Of a stretch of DNA of 64,000 bases, positions 12,035 through 24,831 are shown piece by piece (position 1 is the first letter of the stretch; every line of letters starts with the position of its first letter). The notes beneath the pieces are model-generated. The model did not search any database. It was given only the letters and a program-made list of their open reading frames with translations, and was not told the DNA's origin. The stretch covers positions 43,808,124 to 43,872,123 of the forward strand of contig JARDVH010000031.1 in assembly GCA_030324005.1 (NCBI GenBank), read 5' to 3'. A program made the translations under genes and the position numbers. This DNA is from Negaprion brevirostris (lineage: Eukaryota).

Positions 12035-13560
12035 CATATATACATATGAATTAGGAAAAGGAATAGACCATTCAGCCCCTCAAGCCAGCTCTGCTGATTT
12101 GATTGTGGCTTCTACTTTTCCTTCTACCCCTTAAACCCTTTAACTCCCTTGTCAATCAAGAACATATCTAACTCAGCCTTAAAAGTATTCAATGACCCTG
12201 CCTCCTCTGCTCTCTGGGTAAGAAACATTGAAATGACTCTAGGATTGGTTAAGTAGATTTCACAATTAGTCATTTCACTGCAGTAATTAACATAAAAAGC
12301 AGAATGATGAATTGTATTGCCAAATCTGTAGAGTTTAAGTTGGAGGATGTCATACTAAATTGTACAATGCTCTGGTCTGAACATACCCTGATTACAATTT
12401 TGGTCATGAAAATACAAAGGAGGCATTCAAGCCCTCAAAGTGGTGCAGAAAAGAGTCATGAGATTGCTCCCCAGTGTCAGATTATCAGTTAAGAGAAAAG
12501 ACTGGAGGAATTTAGGCTTTTCATCCTTGAAAGGTGGTGATTAAGAAGGGATCTCACTAAAGTACACGGTATAAAAAAGCTAAATATGGAACATCCTTCA
12601 TTAAACTATGAAAGGAGATCAAACGGTAAAATGCAAATTTAAGACTGATGCTTGGAAGTTCTTCATTTGTAGATCAATAAATATAGGATAGGACTGGACA
12701 AAATTGAAGAAGAACATCTGGAATCACAGGAAGAGACTGTAAATTTGGTCTGAATGGAGAAGCTAAGTTATTCTGAATCTGACTCTATTTTGTGATATGT
12801 GACATAGATTAATAAAATAGAAACCTCACGTAATGCACCAAAACACAAAAGTCTGGACATTACTCTAAGCAGTTACCTTGTGAACTCTCAACTTTTGGAT
12901 TATAAGGCAGTTAACAAAACATGTATTCATAGTAAGACACAGTGGGTCGGGCCAACATGGTTTATGGGTGCCAATTTGCAATTTAGCAATGTTATACTAG
13001 AAAATTGGCACGAGTGTGAATTTGGCACTGCACTTATAATGAAATCAGCATAAACATTTTCAAATTAAAACAGACATCACCATTAGCTTCTATAGCAATC
13101 AGATAGCAAAAACATCTGATCTATTAATACATCCAAGTCCTCTGGATCATTTGAGATTACCTCAACAGCTTGATGTAAAAAAGCAGGAATTAATTCTGGG
13201 AGTTTTACTAGCTAGGTCTTAATGCTGTTAGTTCAATGTTCATGGTCAACACAGTAAATAAGCTTTTGAGGTTCAAAGCTAAGGCGTGATTTATGTCAAA
13301 AGAGTGATGTTGAAGTTATAGCTGGCCTTGATGAAGTTCTGTCTACAATACTGAGTATAGTCTTGGCCTCCATAATAAATAGAACTACTGGAAGCAATCC
13401 AGAGGAAATAACAAGGCTGATTCCAGAACTAAGAGAGTTGAGTTATGAGAAATGATTTTCCATTCTGGACCTTTATTTTTAGGAGAGAAAAATGGACACA
13501 ATAAGGTGTTTCTTTTTAAAATTGTTGAAGGTATACAGGTTTGGATTTAAGAAAGTTCTT
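12035..13560. mobile_element. Cluster of old CR1 fragments (12035-12225 minus; ~12290-12800 and ~13250-13560 plus)
   Basis: Reverse CR1 tail (gaccattcagcccctcaagcc) and decayed ORF2 motifs (acaaggctgattccagaactaagagagttgagttatgag, RLIPELRELSYE-like). Confidence 0.6.
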
Positions 13561-16059
13561 AGCCATAAAATTATGGGACTTAAGGAAACACTGAAAATAA
13601 AAGAGGGTCAAAGAAAAATACAGACATCCAGATTGTGCTGGGCATTGGAATGGACTGTTGACAATGAACTATCAGCTTTTGCCATTATTACCCCTTTGAA
13701 ACTGAGTGCAACTTCAGAATCTGCTCTGCCAAAGGCTGCGCTGCAGCACTTCCAGCCTCCAGAACTAGCGATCGTTGAAACCAGCAGGAACATCAACTTT
13801 CTCACTCCCCCATTACTGTTAGAAATCCCACTAATGTTATACCCTGACAAATCAGGTGTAACTCTGTTTTTAATGGTGATGTCAATAATAAAATTTAATG
13901 AACAACAAAACTGACACTGAAAATATAATTTTATAACCATGGAGTGCTATTAAACAATTAATAAGCAGATTTTTAAACCTAATTTTCTTACATAATTTTT
14001 TCAAGGTGGTCTTTCAGGATACTTAGCTTCTAACTTTGCCGCATCTGACTGCCCAATCGTTAATTTGTGTCCATTTTTACAAGTGATTTATTTTAATGAT
14101 GTTTGTTTCCTGGTTGTGTGTCTGTGAAAATCCTTTAATGTGACGAGTTGCTTCAACAACTTAATGACATCACTCCAGCTCTGCAGTGGGAATTTCCCCA
14201 GTAATTAATGTTGCAATCCAATTGCAGTACCACCACACGATGACAGAGTGAAATTCTCACCAGAGAGATCGCTAGGTCTCTCAGTAGGCCAGCTGCGAGT
14301 ACTCTTGCTTCGCTGTCAACCGCAAATTCAAAGTTCTGGAAATTGATTATCGGTCGTAATGATTGAAAAAAAACCATGGCAGGTTTTTAGAAAAAGAAAC
14401 AGATGAATTCTTGTTAGTACAAGATTATTAGTTCTAGAGTCATAGTTAAGTTTGGATTGGAAGGCTAGATGGACAAATGGTATTCTTACTTGCAAGTCTG
14501 GATGACTTTGCAGTAGTAGAGGTCATATCATAGTTAATTTTGCAAAAAGCAAACAAGATATAGAATGGAACTTTTCCTACCCTGTCAATAATATGAGAAA
14601 AACATACATCCTGCTTTTGTGCAGAACTCCATATAATTAAGAGATAAAAACACAGAATCTGAAAATACAAAGGAACTATGTATATATCCAAAAAGAGGAA
14701 AGATAAGTTAATGTTCCGTTTAGAGATTCTCCTGAAGCACAAAAAAGAATCTCATTCATACAATGAGAAAGTCTGTAGCAGTATTCAAAGTCCTAAATAA
14801 ACTGAGGTCTACTTGGTTAACAGAGAGCTGCTGGCTTTTTACATCTATACACCATTATTCTCTGCAATGTTAGCTACAAGGCAGCAACAGATCTTCCATC
14901 TCCAGGGTGCAGATGTATATTGTTCTCCAGCAAAGTAATTAGAAGTTTGAGTAAAATGCCAGGTGCTGCTGAATCACATTTTTCATGCTGAGTGTTTTGC
15001 AATGGTTGGGCTGTTAAACATGTCCTCATCAGGAGGTGACAGGAGGATTTGTGGGGGAGGGTTTCTATTAAATTTGTCTTGAAAACAAATTACCTTTTAC
15101 AATACAACTCTGAAATTGCCAAAACTGCGCATTTTGCATTTTACAAAGACATTTAAGTAAACAGATTTCACCTGCCCCTGGTGCATGCATGTGCTGGCTT
15201 TCCCAATAACATCTACCATGAATTACAGTTGCTGGCTTGCTGTGTGTAAACACATTGTAATTTGTATCAGAAGATTTCAATTTGCGTCAGCAGGATGCAA
15301 ATTCATTCCACACCAATCATGGAAACAATGTTTAAGTAAAGATTTGCTCATACCAATTCAAGACTTTGCTAAATAATTTCTTTTCTCTGAACCTTATGCA
15401 AATATATTTTATTTTACACTGTTTAATCGCCCACAAATGTGATTCAGGTTATTTGACCAATGTCATTATCTGGTTCACAAAGCAGCATAGGGTGGCTAAA
15501 TATTAATCTGAAGAAAGTAACAAGAGTAGCCCATTATTGCATTTATGACTTAAACCTGTAGTTGTTTTGTGCAATCCCCCTTTATGTTACTTCTGAAATT
15601 TGGGTAATAGACAAAATTTGCATTCACCAAAGTATTTTCCGAGGGTAGGAATTTTGTGCAGTGAATTGCAATATTATAAATTTTTGAATGAGTAAAATTC
15701 AAAATCACAGGAATTGTATTTAGTGAGTAGTATGTAAGATGGGTAGTTGTGAACATTGTATATAATGAAAGGTTTTGCAGCTAGCACATGACTAACTGGC
15801 CCACAAGCTGGAAAACATGCTGATTTGTTGCTTTCTAATAAATGTGAAATTTGAGTTTCACAAAAGTTTTAACTGAGAAAATGGAATAATCAATTTCATG
15901 AAAACAATTTTCAGAATAGGCAAACTGCAGTTGCTCTCCAATGCATAGAAATAAGAGTTAAACATAATAAGGACATTAATATTAAAATTTTTTAAAAACA
16001 ACTCTGAATACTTCCAATTTTCTTCAATTCACCATTGATAAATATCTTCAGTTGAATTG

Positions 16060-16252
16060 CTCTAAACTCTGGAATCCCACTCCCCCCTTTAAACCGCTCC
16101 TCAAGACCTCTTTGATCAAGCCTTTGGGCATGTGTCATAATATTGCTGTATGTAGCTAGATTTCAAATTTTGTTTGATAATTGTTCCTGTGAAGTGCCTC
16201 AGGATTTGTTTTACTTCATTAAAAGCACTATATAAATATTAAGTTGCCGTTA
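16060..16252 (+). mobile_element. L2-type LINE 3' end
   Basis: ctctttgatcaagcctttgg...ctgtgaagtgcctcagg...aaagcactatataaatattaagttgccgtt matches the recalled L2/Deu-SINE type tail. Confidence 0.6.
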
Positions 16253-16625
16253 TAAATATACACATTTAATTTTTTAATATTTCCAATGATTTTCCCTTTC
16301 TCAGCCTGTCAACCTTTCCTCTGTTGAGGAACAGAAGTGGTTGTGAGACCTCTGATTATAAGAACTTTGAGTTGAGTTTGGGTTCTGGTGCATTCATGAC
16401 TGCACTGACTGAGGGTTCAGTATTCAGCTTATCTCTCAGTAGTAATTGCAACGACCATTATAGTGTTTTTCTTCATTTTTCTTCTTTGACTGTACAGGCA
16501 GAGTCTCAAAGTTTAGTATTCCTTAGTGCTGTTTTTTCTTTTACTCTGGTTGATATATCCATGATTCGGACTTTTCCAAACTGCCTGCCTCTCAAAAATG
16601 ATGATTAGCAAATTCAAAATGCAAA

Positions 16626-19093
16626 TGTCATATCCAATTTGTGAAATTGCTCCTTTCGTGAAATGGGCACTGGTCGAAATGATTTCATGAACTGGGCAAA
16701 TGCATGGCGCAGATAATAAAATATGCATTTTTAAAGTTGTCCAATAACATAAGTGTGAACACTTTAAATTTGGGAAAATAAGCTTGTCTACAAAGGCTGG
16801 TTCGTGGAAGGTGTAAAATTTAATACAAGTCTCAAAAGGACCAGTTCACATCTACTTATTTGACTTGAAAACAAACGATGGGAGATGTGGAATTCCATGC
16901 TGGGACTGAAAATAACATGGTATAGACTTTGTTGTACCCAGACGGAAATGTGATGGCATTCACATCTCTTGGCAAGTAACACTTAACAGTTCACTGGTGA
17001 CAAGTTCATCTCTCCTTTGTTGTCCCCAGATGGAAATATGATGGCATTCACACCTTTTGAAGAACCAGTATACAAGCACAGAAATCTTGGCTATCTAACA
17101 TAACCCCTGAAAACACCGAAGATGGATGATGTAGTGAAAGCTGTGATGTTTTGTGGTCTGTTGAATATGAACAGGAGGTCATTGCTGTCCTCAAATTTGG
17201 GAAAACTGGACAAACTCTCAAGAGATGAATATCATATTCTGAAAACATTTGTGCTTACATTTCTAGGTGATGTGGATGAGATTATCAAGAACAATGCTAA
17301 GTGCATGGCTGAGAAGGAAGCAGTCCTATACATCATGCAACAAGCCCAAATTAAAATTGGCCACGGTGGTGAAAAAACTCAAGGAACTTTCAGAGAAGTG
17401 TGCAAGCATCCAACAGTCTCTAATAAGAGCACATCAGCAGTGAGACCTTTGTCTGTCAACAACTTGAATGAATGTGAACAAATAGACCTAGTTGATATAC
17501 AGATTATGAAGGGCAGAAATTATCATTTCATACTGCACTACTTGACCAAGTTCCACATCATTCATCCTCTGAAATGCAAGACAGCAGCTGAGGTTGCCTA
17601 TGAGCTACTCTGCATATTTCTAAATATTGGAGCTTCACATTTTCTTCAGTCATTTAACAGAAGAGAGTTCACGGCACTGGTCATCTACAAACTGACAACA
17701 CTTTGGAAAGAACTGGTATTAGTCAACAGGTATCCCAGACACCCTCAGAGTCAAGGCTCTGTGGAATCTAATAATGGTGACACGAAACTGAAACTAATGG
17801 CCTGGATGCCTGACAACAGCTGTGATCAGTGGAGTTACAATGTCTATTTTGTTTAGTAGGTAATGAACAACAATAACCATGAAGCTATAAAAAATGGTTT
17901 CTTATCAAGCACTCACTGGAAACAAATCACGGTGCAGCCTCAGATCAAAGTTGCCAGATGAGTTCCCTGACAGAATCTTCACAGTCACTGAAGAACAACA
18001 ACTGGAAAGACTTTTTGAGGAGAATATGGAAAATCTTCATCTTGAACTAGCCCCAGGACCATCCACTATTGAGTTGGCCCCATGGGTCACCCAAGAATGA
18101 TAACCCTGAGCCAGCCCCTGATCTTTCAACATGAACAATCCTGAGACATCCCCAAGACTATCCTCCATTATTGACACTTAGCAGGCCTCTGAATCATCCA
18201 CTACTGATGAAGAACTTCATCCTGCCAATTAATACCAGGGCATGATACAGCAAGCCAAGCAATTGTGGCATGCAACACAAGGTTACGTCAGATTGCAGGT
18301 GTTGGAGACAATGCAGCTGTCCCAGTGCTAGCATTTGACCTCAGCAAAGATGACCCACCAAATGTTACAGGTACTGTGCTGGTAGCAGATAGGACTGGTT
18401 ACACCATTGGAATAGATAGGGGGATTGTAAAAGGTAAATTTGCCAGGAATCAGTTTGAGTNNNNNNNNNNNNNNNNNNNNNNNNNNAGACATTCTACCAG
18501 AACAACTCAACCTTTGCGAAATTGTACATGCCCAAAGCGTTTGTGGTGGGCAAGGTGATGTCCCTGCTTGAAAGCTGGTCTCCACTGCAACAGTGCCTGT
18601 CACAGGCATAAGTCCTGTGACAACATTGACCAGTGCTGGCATATTAAGTACGTATGGATTGTACTTTTGATTTTGTACGCATTGATGTATAAAGTATTTG
18701 AATGGATGTCATCTTGAATGAAATGTAACAGAACACAAATCAATGAATTTGAATTATTTGGATATCACAATGAATCTGAAATGTACTTTGAATAAAGGCA
18801 CATTATGCCTTTCTATGCAAATCTATGAATTGCATTTTTATTTATTTTTGATGTACTGTATTCATTAATGAATCCACGCTATACCTTAATGGTTTGGATA
18901 CAATTCTGAATGAAACATAAGAGGACGGTAAAGCAAATTAAGTAAATTAAACATTCGTGAATGAAATTCTACTTTCCATTCATAAAAGCTGGTCATTTCA
19001 TGAACTGGACAAGTTTTCTAATGCCCATTTCATGAACTGGGTGGTCAAAGTGCCTTTCATGAACTGTAATGAAAGACTGCCCATTTCAAGAAA
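16626..19093 (+). mobile_element. Ginger2/TDD-like (KRBA2/SCAND3-like integrase) DNA transposon relic
   Basis: ORF 17122-17856 has QIDLVD, LQSFNRREF (canonical LQSDNGREF) and PRHPQSQGSVE integrase motifs. Downstream frames give VGDN...YTIG...RNQF and a GGQG/Cys-rich tail. The left end starts TGT; inverted subterminal motif tttcgtgaaatgggca (16654) vs tgcccatttcaagaaa (19078). Confidence 0.75.
17122..18645 (+). pseudogene. Disrupted DDE integrase/transposase of the Ginger2-like element
   Basis: Stops and frameshifts split ORFs 17122-17856, 17894-18100 and 18265-18558; the second catalytic Asp is replaced (DNG to FNR). Confidence 0.75.
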
Positions 19094-19726
19094 GTGAAGT
19101 GAAATGTTAAAGAGAAAAGGGAAAAAGTGAAACAAATCCAGAAAGATACAAATACAAGGGTTCACAGAATGAGAGATTATCAAATATTTAGATAGAGAAA
19201 AGATACATAAATTATCAACACAGGAATGAGAAAGGCCATTCAGTTCACCTTAGCTTATTCATCCTGAAGGCAGGTACAGTTCTGACAATCACTCCAGATG
19301 TGTCACCACCACCACACGCATCGCCAGCAAACCCTTTCATGACAATAACTGCTTCCAAAATTGTGCTGGAGTTTGTGCCTTTAGTATCAAACTTGGAAGC
19401 TCATTCTGTATGTTGGTCATATTTGTGAAGAAGAATGTCTTGCTATCAGTCCTGGAAAAGTCACTTCCTATTTTGAATCTATGTTCCCTTGTCCATGAGC
19501 AATAGCATGGGAATATAATAATCTGATCCATACTTGGTAGAATATGACAGAACACTATATTCCTAATATTTACCGTGTGTAGGACTGAAATAAGAATCCT
19601 GTTTAATTCTCTTTATTCTATCAAGCCATGATTAAATAATAAAAAGAAACAGGTAAGTAAAAGAAAAGCTGCAAGTATTTATGCAAATTGTGATTCCAAC
19701 CCAGCAATCAAGGTGAACAAACTTAC

Positions 19727-19824
19727 CATGATGCCAAATTTCAGGATGTCCATGAAAGTAAGAGCCTATCCCATGACCAATGAAATAAGGACACACTTGC
19801 AGGCCATTGGCATCTGCTATCTGA
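19727..19824 (-). CDS. METAP1D: METAP1D exon (98 nt): (S)QIADANGLQVCPYFIGHGIGSYFHGHPEIWHH
   Basis: tacAG acceptor and GTAAGT donor; GHGIGSYFHGHPEIWHH is typical of METAP1D rather than cytosolic METAP1 (GHGIHKLFH); includes the metal-binding His. Confidence 0.97.
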
Positions 19825-20324
19825 CTGTAGGTAATAACAAAAGAAATAATCAGCTTTGACATTCATGTAGGAAGTTGGCACAGAATACAATATTAAAATA
19901 TATTTTTACATGTTTTGTTTCCATACATCCCAGCCATGAATAGCAATGTTTTCTCAGGCCTCTCTGTCAGTGCTGCTGGAACCTCACTTCTTCTGCTCTT
20001 TATTTTGAGGGGGAAGGGGTGAATCTTGAGTAATACTTGTTTTATTTTGTTGAACCAAGTTCTACAAATCGCCAACAATTGAATGCCAACTGAGGTTTGT
20101 TACACTTACCTATCAGGGAATTCTGCAGCTGCTTAAATGATAACTATACACCAGACAGCATGGTAAATGATTGTGCTGTAGTTTACAACTATTACCATAA
20201 GTTGGGCATCTGAAGTATATGAGAGCAGCGTCTGATGAACTGGATTCAGGTTTCCCCTCATTTTTTCCTCAGGAGAAAATGCATCAGTAACAATCAGTAT
20301 TTTGTCATGTGACTCTACTGAATA

Positions 20325-20645
20325 CACAGTGGCACAGTGGTTAGCACTGCTGCCTCNNNNNNNNNNNNGGTTTGATTCTGACCTCGGGTGATTGAGATCT
20401 GTGTGGAGATTGCACGTTCTCCCTGTGTTCATGTGGGTTTTGTCCGGATGCTCCAGTTTCCTCCCACGGACCACAGATGTGCAGGTTTATATTGATTAGC
20501 CATGCAAAATTGTCCCTTAATGTCAGGGGGGATTAGCAGGGTAAATACATGGGAGTTGCGAGGATATGGCTTGGATGGGATTGTTGTTGGTGCAGGCTCG
20601 ATGAGCCAAATGGTCTCCTTTTGCACTATAGGGGTTCCATAATTC
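20325..20645 (+). mobile_element. HE1-like V-SINE (tRNA-derived, CR1/HER1-type tail)
   Basis: A-box gtggcacagtggttagca; V-domain tgtgtggagattgcacgttctccc...ctccagtttcctccca; tail gcaggctcgatgagccaaatggtctcc. Confidence 0.85.
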
Positions 20646-20879
20646 AGAAATGTACTTTCTTGGAATTTAGAACACATTAATGTTCCAGTATTGTAGGGTA
20701 AAAAATGTGTGCAAGTATTGACCCTATCTTCTGGTGTGTTAAGACTTTTTGAAAATCTGTTCTATTATATGCGAAAGGTATAGGGTTTTACTTGAACCAC
20801 ATCCTTTCAGCATATCTAGTTATACATGGCATATTCTGTATGCTCAGCTGAAGAATTACAGCACATTACATATCATTGC

Positions 20880-21600
20880 TGTTATGATCCCAGCTGATGT
20901 TATTGCTGGACAAGTCAAACCCTAGAATGGAACCTGGCTCGGCAGATCCTATTTTTACAAATGTTTTTAAACCAAGGAAGATATTTACTGAACTGATTCA
21001 CAACAGTCTGCTGTAGACTTTCTAACAAAAATATAATACATTTATTAAACAAAAAAAATTGACTATATTACACTTGGCAACAAAAAGGTTGGAAAGATTT
21101 CAACACAGGCACAAAGAAAAAATAATTCAAATTCATACTATCCATTTTATCCCAGCAATACCCTTACAAACCCAATACTCCAGCGAAGAGATACCACTAT
21201 TTCGCACCAAGGGTAAAGCTGGTTCCATTGCAAAAAAGGTTTATTTTCCACTGGACTCAAAACACTCACTAGACTTTCTTCCACAATTGGTATCTCCCTT
21301 GAGATCCAGAAAACTTACTCTAATTTCACTACTGCCTTAACTTTAGAGCAATATACACAAGTTCCTTAATTCATTTCCTCAGCAGTTTAACATCATTTTC
21401 AGTAAGAGAGGGCCTTAGACCTTTCTGTCTTCATCAACTGGAACAAAAACTGATTTTCTTCTCTCTCCCTATATCTCTGTCTGTCTCTGTCTTGCGTTTG
21501 TTTTTACTTCCCTAAACTTCTAATGCATTGGTAACCCATCTCTTCAAGAGTTGTAAAAGTTCAAACATGGTCCCAGACTTGCTGCACTCCGACTTCACCT
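20880..21600. mobile_element. Probable LTR / solo-LTR-like repeat
   Basis: Starts tgttatgatccc with internal tttatt and an LTR-like layout; boundaries uncertain and no TSD identified. Confidence 0.35.
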
Positions 21601-21699
21601 TTTTAAATTCTCAAATTTAAAAAATTAAACTTAAAGTTAGATCCTGTTCCTAATATCCACAAATACAAATATATCTTAGTTAAAACTATATTTAATTCT

Positions 21700-22580
21700 G
21701 AACACTGCATATAACAACTTACATTTACGTGCCTTAACATAACAGGATACTTCACAGAAGTGTTATGAAACAAAGTATAACACTGAGACACATGAAGAGA
21801 TCTTGTGTCAGATAACCAAACAGAAGTGCTTTGGAATAGTTAAATCTATACATAATGAAGATATGAAATCTTTCAGCAGCTGATGAAGGGATGAATTTGC
21901 ATGATTTATAGAGAAGGAAATAAATGGCACAATTGATGGCTGGGAGCTCATCTTGGGATTAAAGATGGCTAAATTGTAAACATATTGGTTTAGCCTCAGA
22001 CTGTTGCCAAGGAGAGAGATGAAATCAATTACTAAGGAATTGAAAACAATGGCTTCAGTATTCCCAATATTCAATCAAAAGAAATTTCTGCAAATCCAAA
22101 ATGAATGTTAGATAAGCAGCCCAATAATTTAGCAATAATGGAATTGTCGAGAGAGGTGGTGGTCTAGCAGAGCTGGCTGCTGTCAGCGTACATGTGAAAA
22201 GTTACAGTGTGGTTTTGGATGATGTTACTGAAGGACAAATGCTAAATTGGAATGGGTCAGAGATAGATCCTTGTGGTGTTGGTGGCGGTGGGGCGGTGCG
22301 GTGTGCATGGGGAAGCAGAGGTAACAGTGTGGGAGAAGGAAAAGACATTGAAAGTGATACTCAGGCTATAGTTAAGAATGAAATCAGGTGAGGGCAATTC
22401 TGCCCATCTCAGTTACAGTGGAGAGACCTTTGCAGATAAACATGTGTTTCAAAGGTTGCACACAGGTTGAGAAGGGTGAGGAGGGATAGTTCATGATTGT
22501 TACATAGGAAGTTATTTGTGACTTTGATAAGAGTCATTTCAACGTTATGGCATGGACAGAAACCCAATTGGAGGGATTCA
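21700..22580 (-). mobile_element. L2 LINE fragment (RT and 3' end)
   Basis: Minus strand encodes FHMYADSSQL (YADD-like) and LNIGNTEAIVF; reverse L2 tail acaacttacatttacgtgcctt near 21715. Confidence 0.7.
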
Positions 22581-23781
22581 CATAAGGGGCTGGATTTATA
22601 CTCTTGTTGCTGGTGGCTACTAGAAATGACTACCTTTGACGTCCTACTTTTTTGACCTGCTCCCTAGCTCCTGAAAATTTGACAATAAGACCTCAATACA
22701 TTCTCCCTGTTGTTGATGCTGATACATACCACAACCTCTGGCTCACTCCTTTTTTTTTGGCCGGTGGGGTAGGGCAAGAGGGTTCCTCACCATACAGCAG
22801 AAAGTTGGAAAATTTTCTTAAGATGCAACTTTTACATTTTAAAATTTTTCAAAGTCCCTCGCTTCATGAAAAAAACAAATTGATGAAGTAAATGCAATGT
22901 AATATTTTCAATGTCTAATTCTGACCTCAAAATCCATTTTAAAAATCAAAGTACTATATGAGGAATTGTGAATAACTTTAGTGTACTTTTTCCTGATACT
23001 TTTCTTAATGAGAGATGGCACGGAAAATTGGAAGTATTGAAAAGGAGTGGGACAGTGAATAAAGTCAGTGTTCAGGAAAGTTAGTTCACACATCATAAGT
23101 TGGATGGGGAGAGGATTACAGAGGCAGGGGACAGTTTCATGGGAGAACTGATCTTTGAGAGGTCAAAGGCTGAAGATAGGAAAAACAATAACATATTGAG
23201 GAGGCTTAATATAAATGCAGAGCTAGGAATGGTCAGGGTGGGGATTGGGGATGGAAAATGACAGCTGAAATAATTGTTCAGACAGTGTCAATTCTAGAGA
23301 AATGCATTAGTTTTTTGCATTTGCTGTTTGAAGTGAGGATGGAATAGTTGGATGAAGGGGACTGAAGGGGGCAATCCCCTTAATGCAACTGCCTGAAATT
23401 CTCCTCTCGGTATGTCTGCAGAAGCAATAATTTATTTAAAATAGATGTGTTCATGTTGCCATTAAAACAGTACAGACAGACATTTCAAACAAGTGCATTA
23501 AAATTAATGATTGGAAAACTGACAGCCAGATTCTCTTGCAATTTCAGAGTGATATATTGAATGAACTTGTGACTTTGTTTTAAGTATGATGGTGATAACC
23601 CAGATCAAAATAGGCAGTAATAAAAAGGTAATTAAAACCTGAGAAAATTTCCTAGGGAGATTTATTGAAGCCAAGTCTAGCCAAACTGGATATATATGGA
23701 ATAAACTATTTGGCAAGCTAGTGTCAATTTCTTTTTCTTTATTCTGCCCTGAGATATGGGTGTAACTGGAATTTTTTGTCA

Positions 23782-24107
23782 ATCCCTAATTGCCCTTGAG
23801 ATGAGTGGCTTGCTAGGCCATTTCAGAATTCAGTTAAAAGTTAACTACATTGCTGTGGTTCTGAAGTCAAATGTAGACCAGACCAGACAAGAATGGTAAA
23901 TTTCCTTCCTTAAGGAACATTAATGGACCAGATGGGGTTTTACAACAATTGATAGTTGTCATGGTCAGCATTACTGAGACTAGCTCTATATTCCAGGCTT
24001 TTTAGAAATGAACTGAAATTCCACCAGCTGCCGTAGTGGGATTTGAACCCATGTCTCCAGAGCATAGGCAGGGCCTGTGGATTCAGTAACATTACCACCA
24101 CACCACT
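23782..24107 (-). mobile_element. tRNA-derived SINE
   Basis: Minus-strand head ggtggtaatgttact...catgggttcaaatccca (B-box); body shared with 50700-50910; tail gggcaattagggat. Confidence 0.75.
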
Positions 24108-24340
24108 GAAATATAACCAAGAAGTAGCTCAGCAAGTCTAAAGCCTGAGGAAATATTAATACTTTTCACAGGTGCTGACTTTAGTTTTAAAATAAGTGAT
24201 AAAATGTCTCAGCCTGTTTGAGGTCAGATTATGAAAACACATTGCATAAACTTGATTTATGTCCCCTCAGTTTAGATAGTTAAGGAGTGATCTAATAGAA
24301 ATGTGTAAAATGAAGAAGGGATTTAATAAGGCAGATGATA

Positions 24341-24649
24341 AGTTAGCATTGCTGCCTCAAAAGTGCCAGGGACTCCAGTTCTATTCCGGCCTTGGGTGAC
24401 TGTCTGTGTGGAGTTTGCACATTCTCCCTGTGTCTGCATGGATCTCCTCTGGGTGTTCTGGTTTCCTCCCAAAGTCCAAAGATGTGCTGGTTAGGTTGAT
24501 TGATCATGGTAAATTGTCCCTTGGTCTCAGGGGGACCAGCGGGGTAAATACATGGGGTTAGGAGGATAGGGCTTGGGTGGATTGTAGTCGATGCAGACTC
24601 GATGGGCTGAATGGCCTCCTTCTGCACTATAGTGATTCTATGATTCTAG
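24341..24649 (+). mobile_element. HE1-like V-SINE
   Basis: gttagcattgctgcctca, V-domain and tail ending gattctatgattcta. Confidence 0.85.
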
Positions 24650-24656
24650 TGTTAAA

Positions 24657-24831
24657 AATCATAGAAATCACAGAAACCCTACAGTCAGAAAGAGGCCATT
24701 TGGCCCATCGAGTCTGTACCGACCACAATCCCACCTAGGCCCTACCCCCTTATCCCTCTAACCTACACATCTTAGGACACTAAGGGGCAATTTTAGCATG
24801 ACCAATCAACCTAACCCGCACATCCTTGGAC
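24657..24831 (-). mobile_element. HE1-like V-SINE 3' portion, inverted relative to its neighbour
   Basis: Reverse complement of the same tail (gaggccatttggcccatcgagtctg...caatcaacctaacc). Confidence 0.8.

Noticed and set aside
13492-13940. Overlapping 140-aa and 110-aa ORFs on opposite strands
   Set aside because: The plus ORF starts in a CR1 relic; no recognisable homology or splice context.
19632-19862. 76-aa ORF as a stand-alone gene
   Set aside because: It is the METAP1D exon 19727-19824 plus intronic read-through.
20104-20130. Strong minus-strand donor (CCTGATAG|GTAAGT) resembling the METAP1D HGIPDS exon end
   Set aside because: Upstream sequence has no MetAP homology and the exon order would be wrong.
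20325-20400. tRNA gene candidates (also 24020-24105, 31070-31132, 50180-50240)
   Set aside because: A/B boxes run into SINE bodies; no complete cloverleaf.
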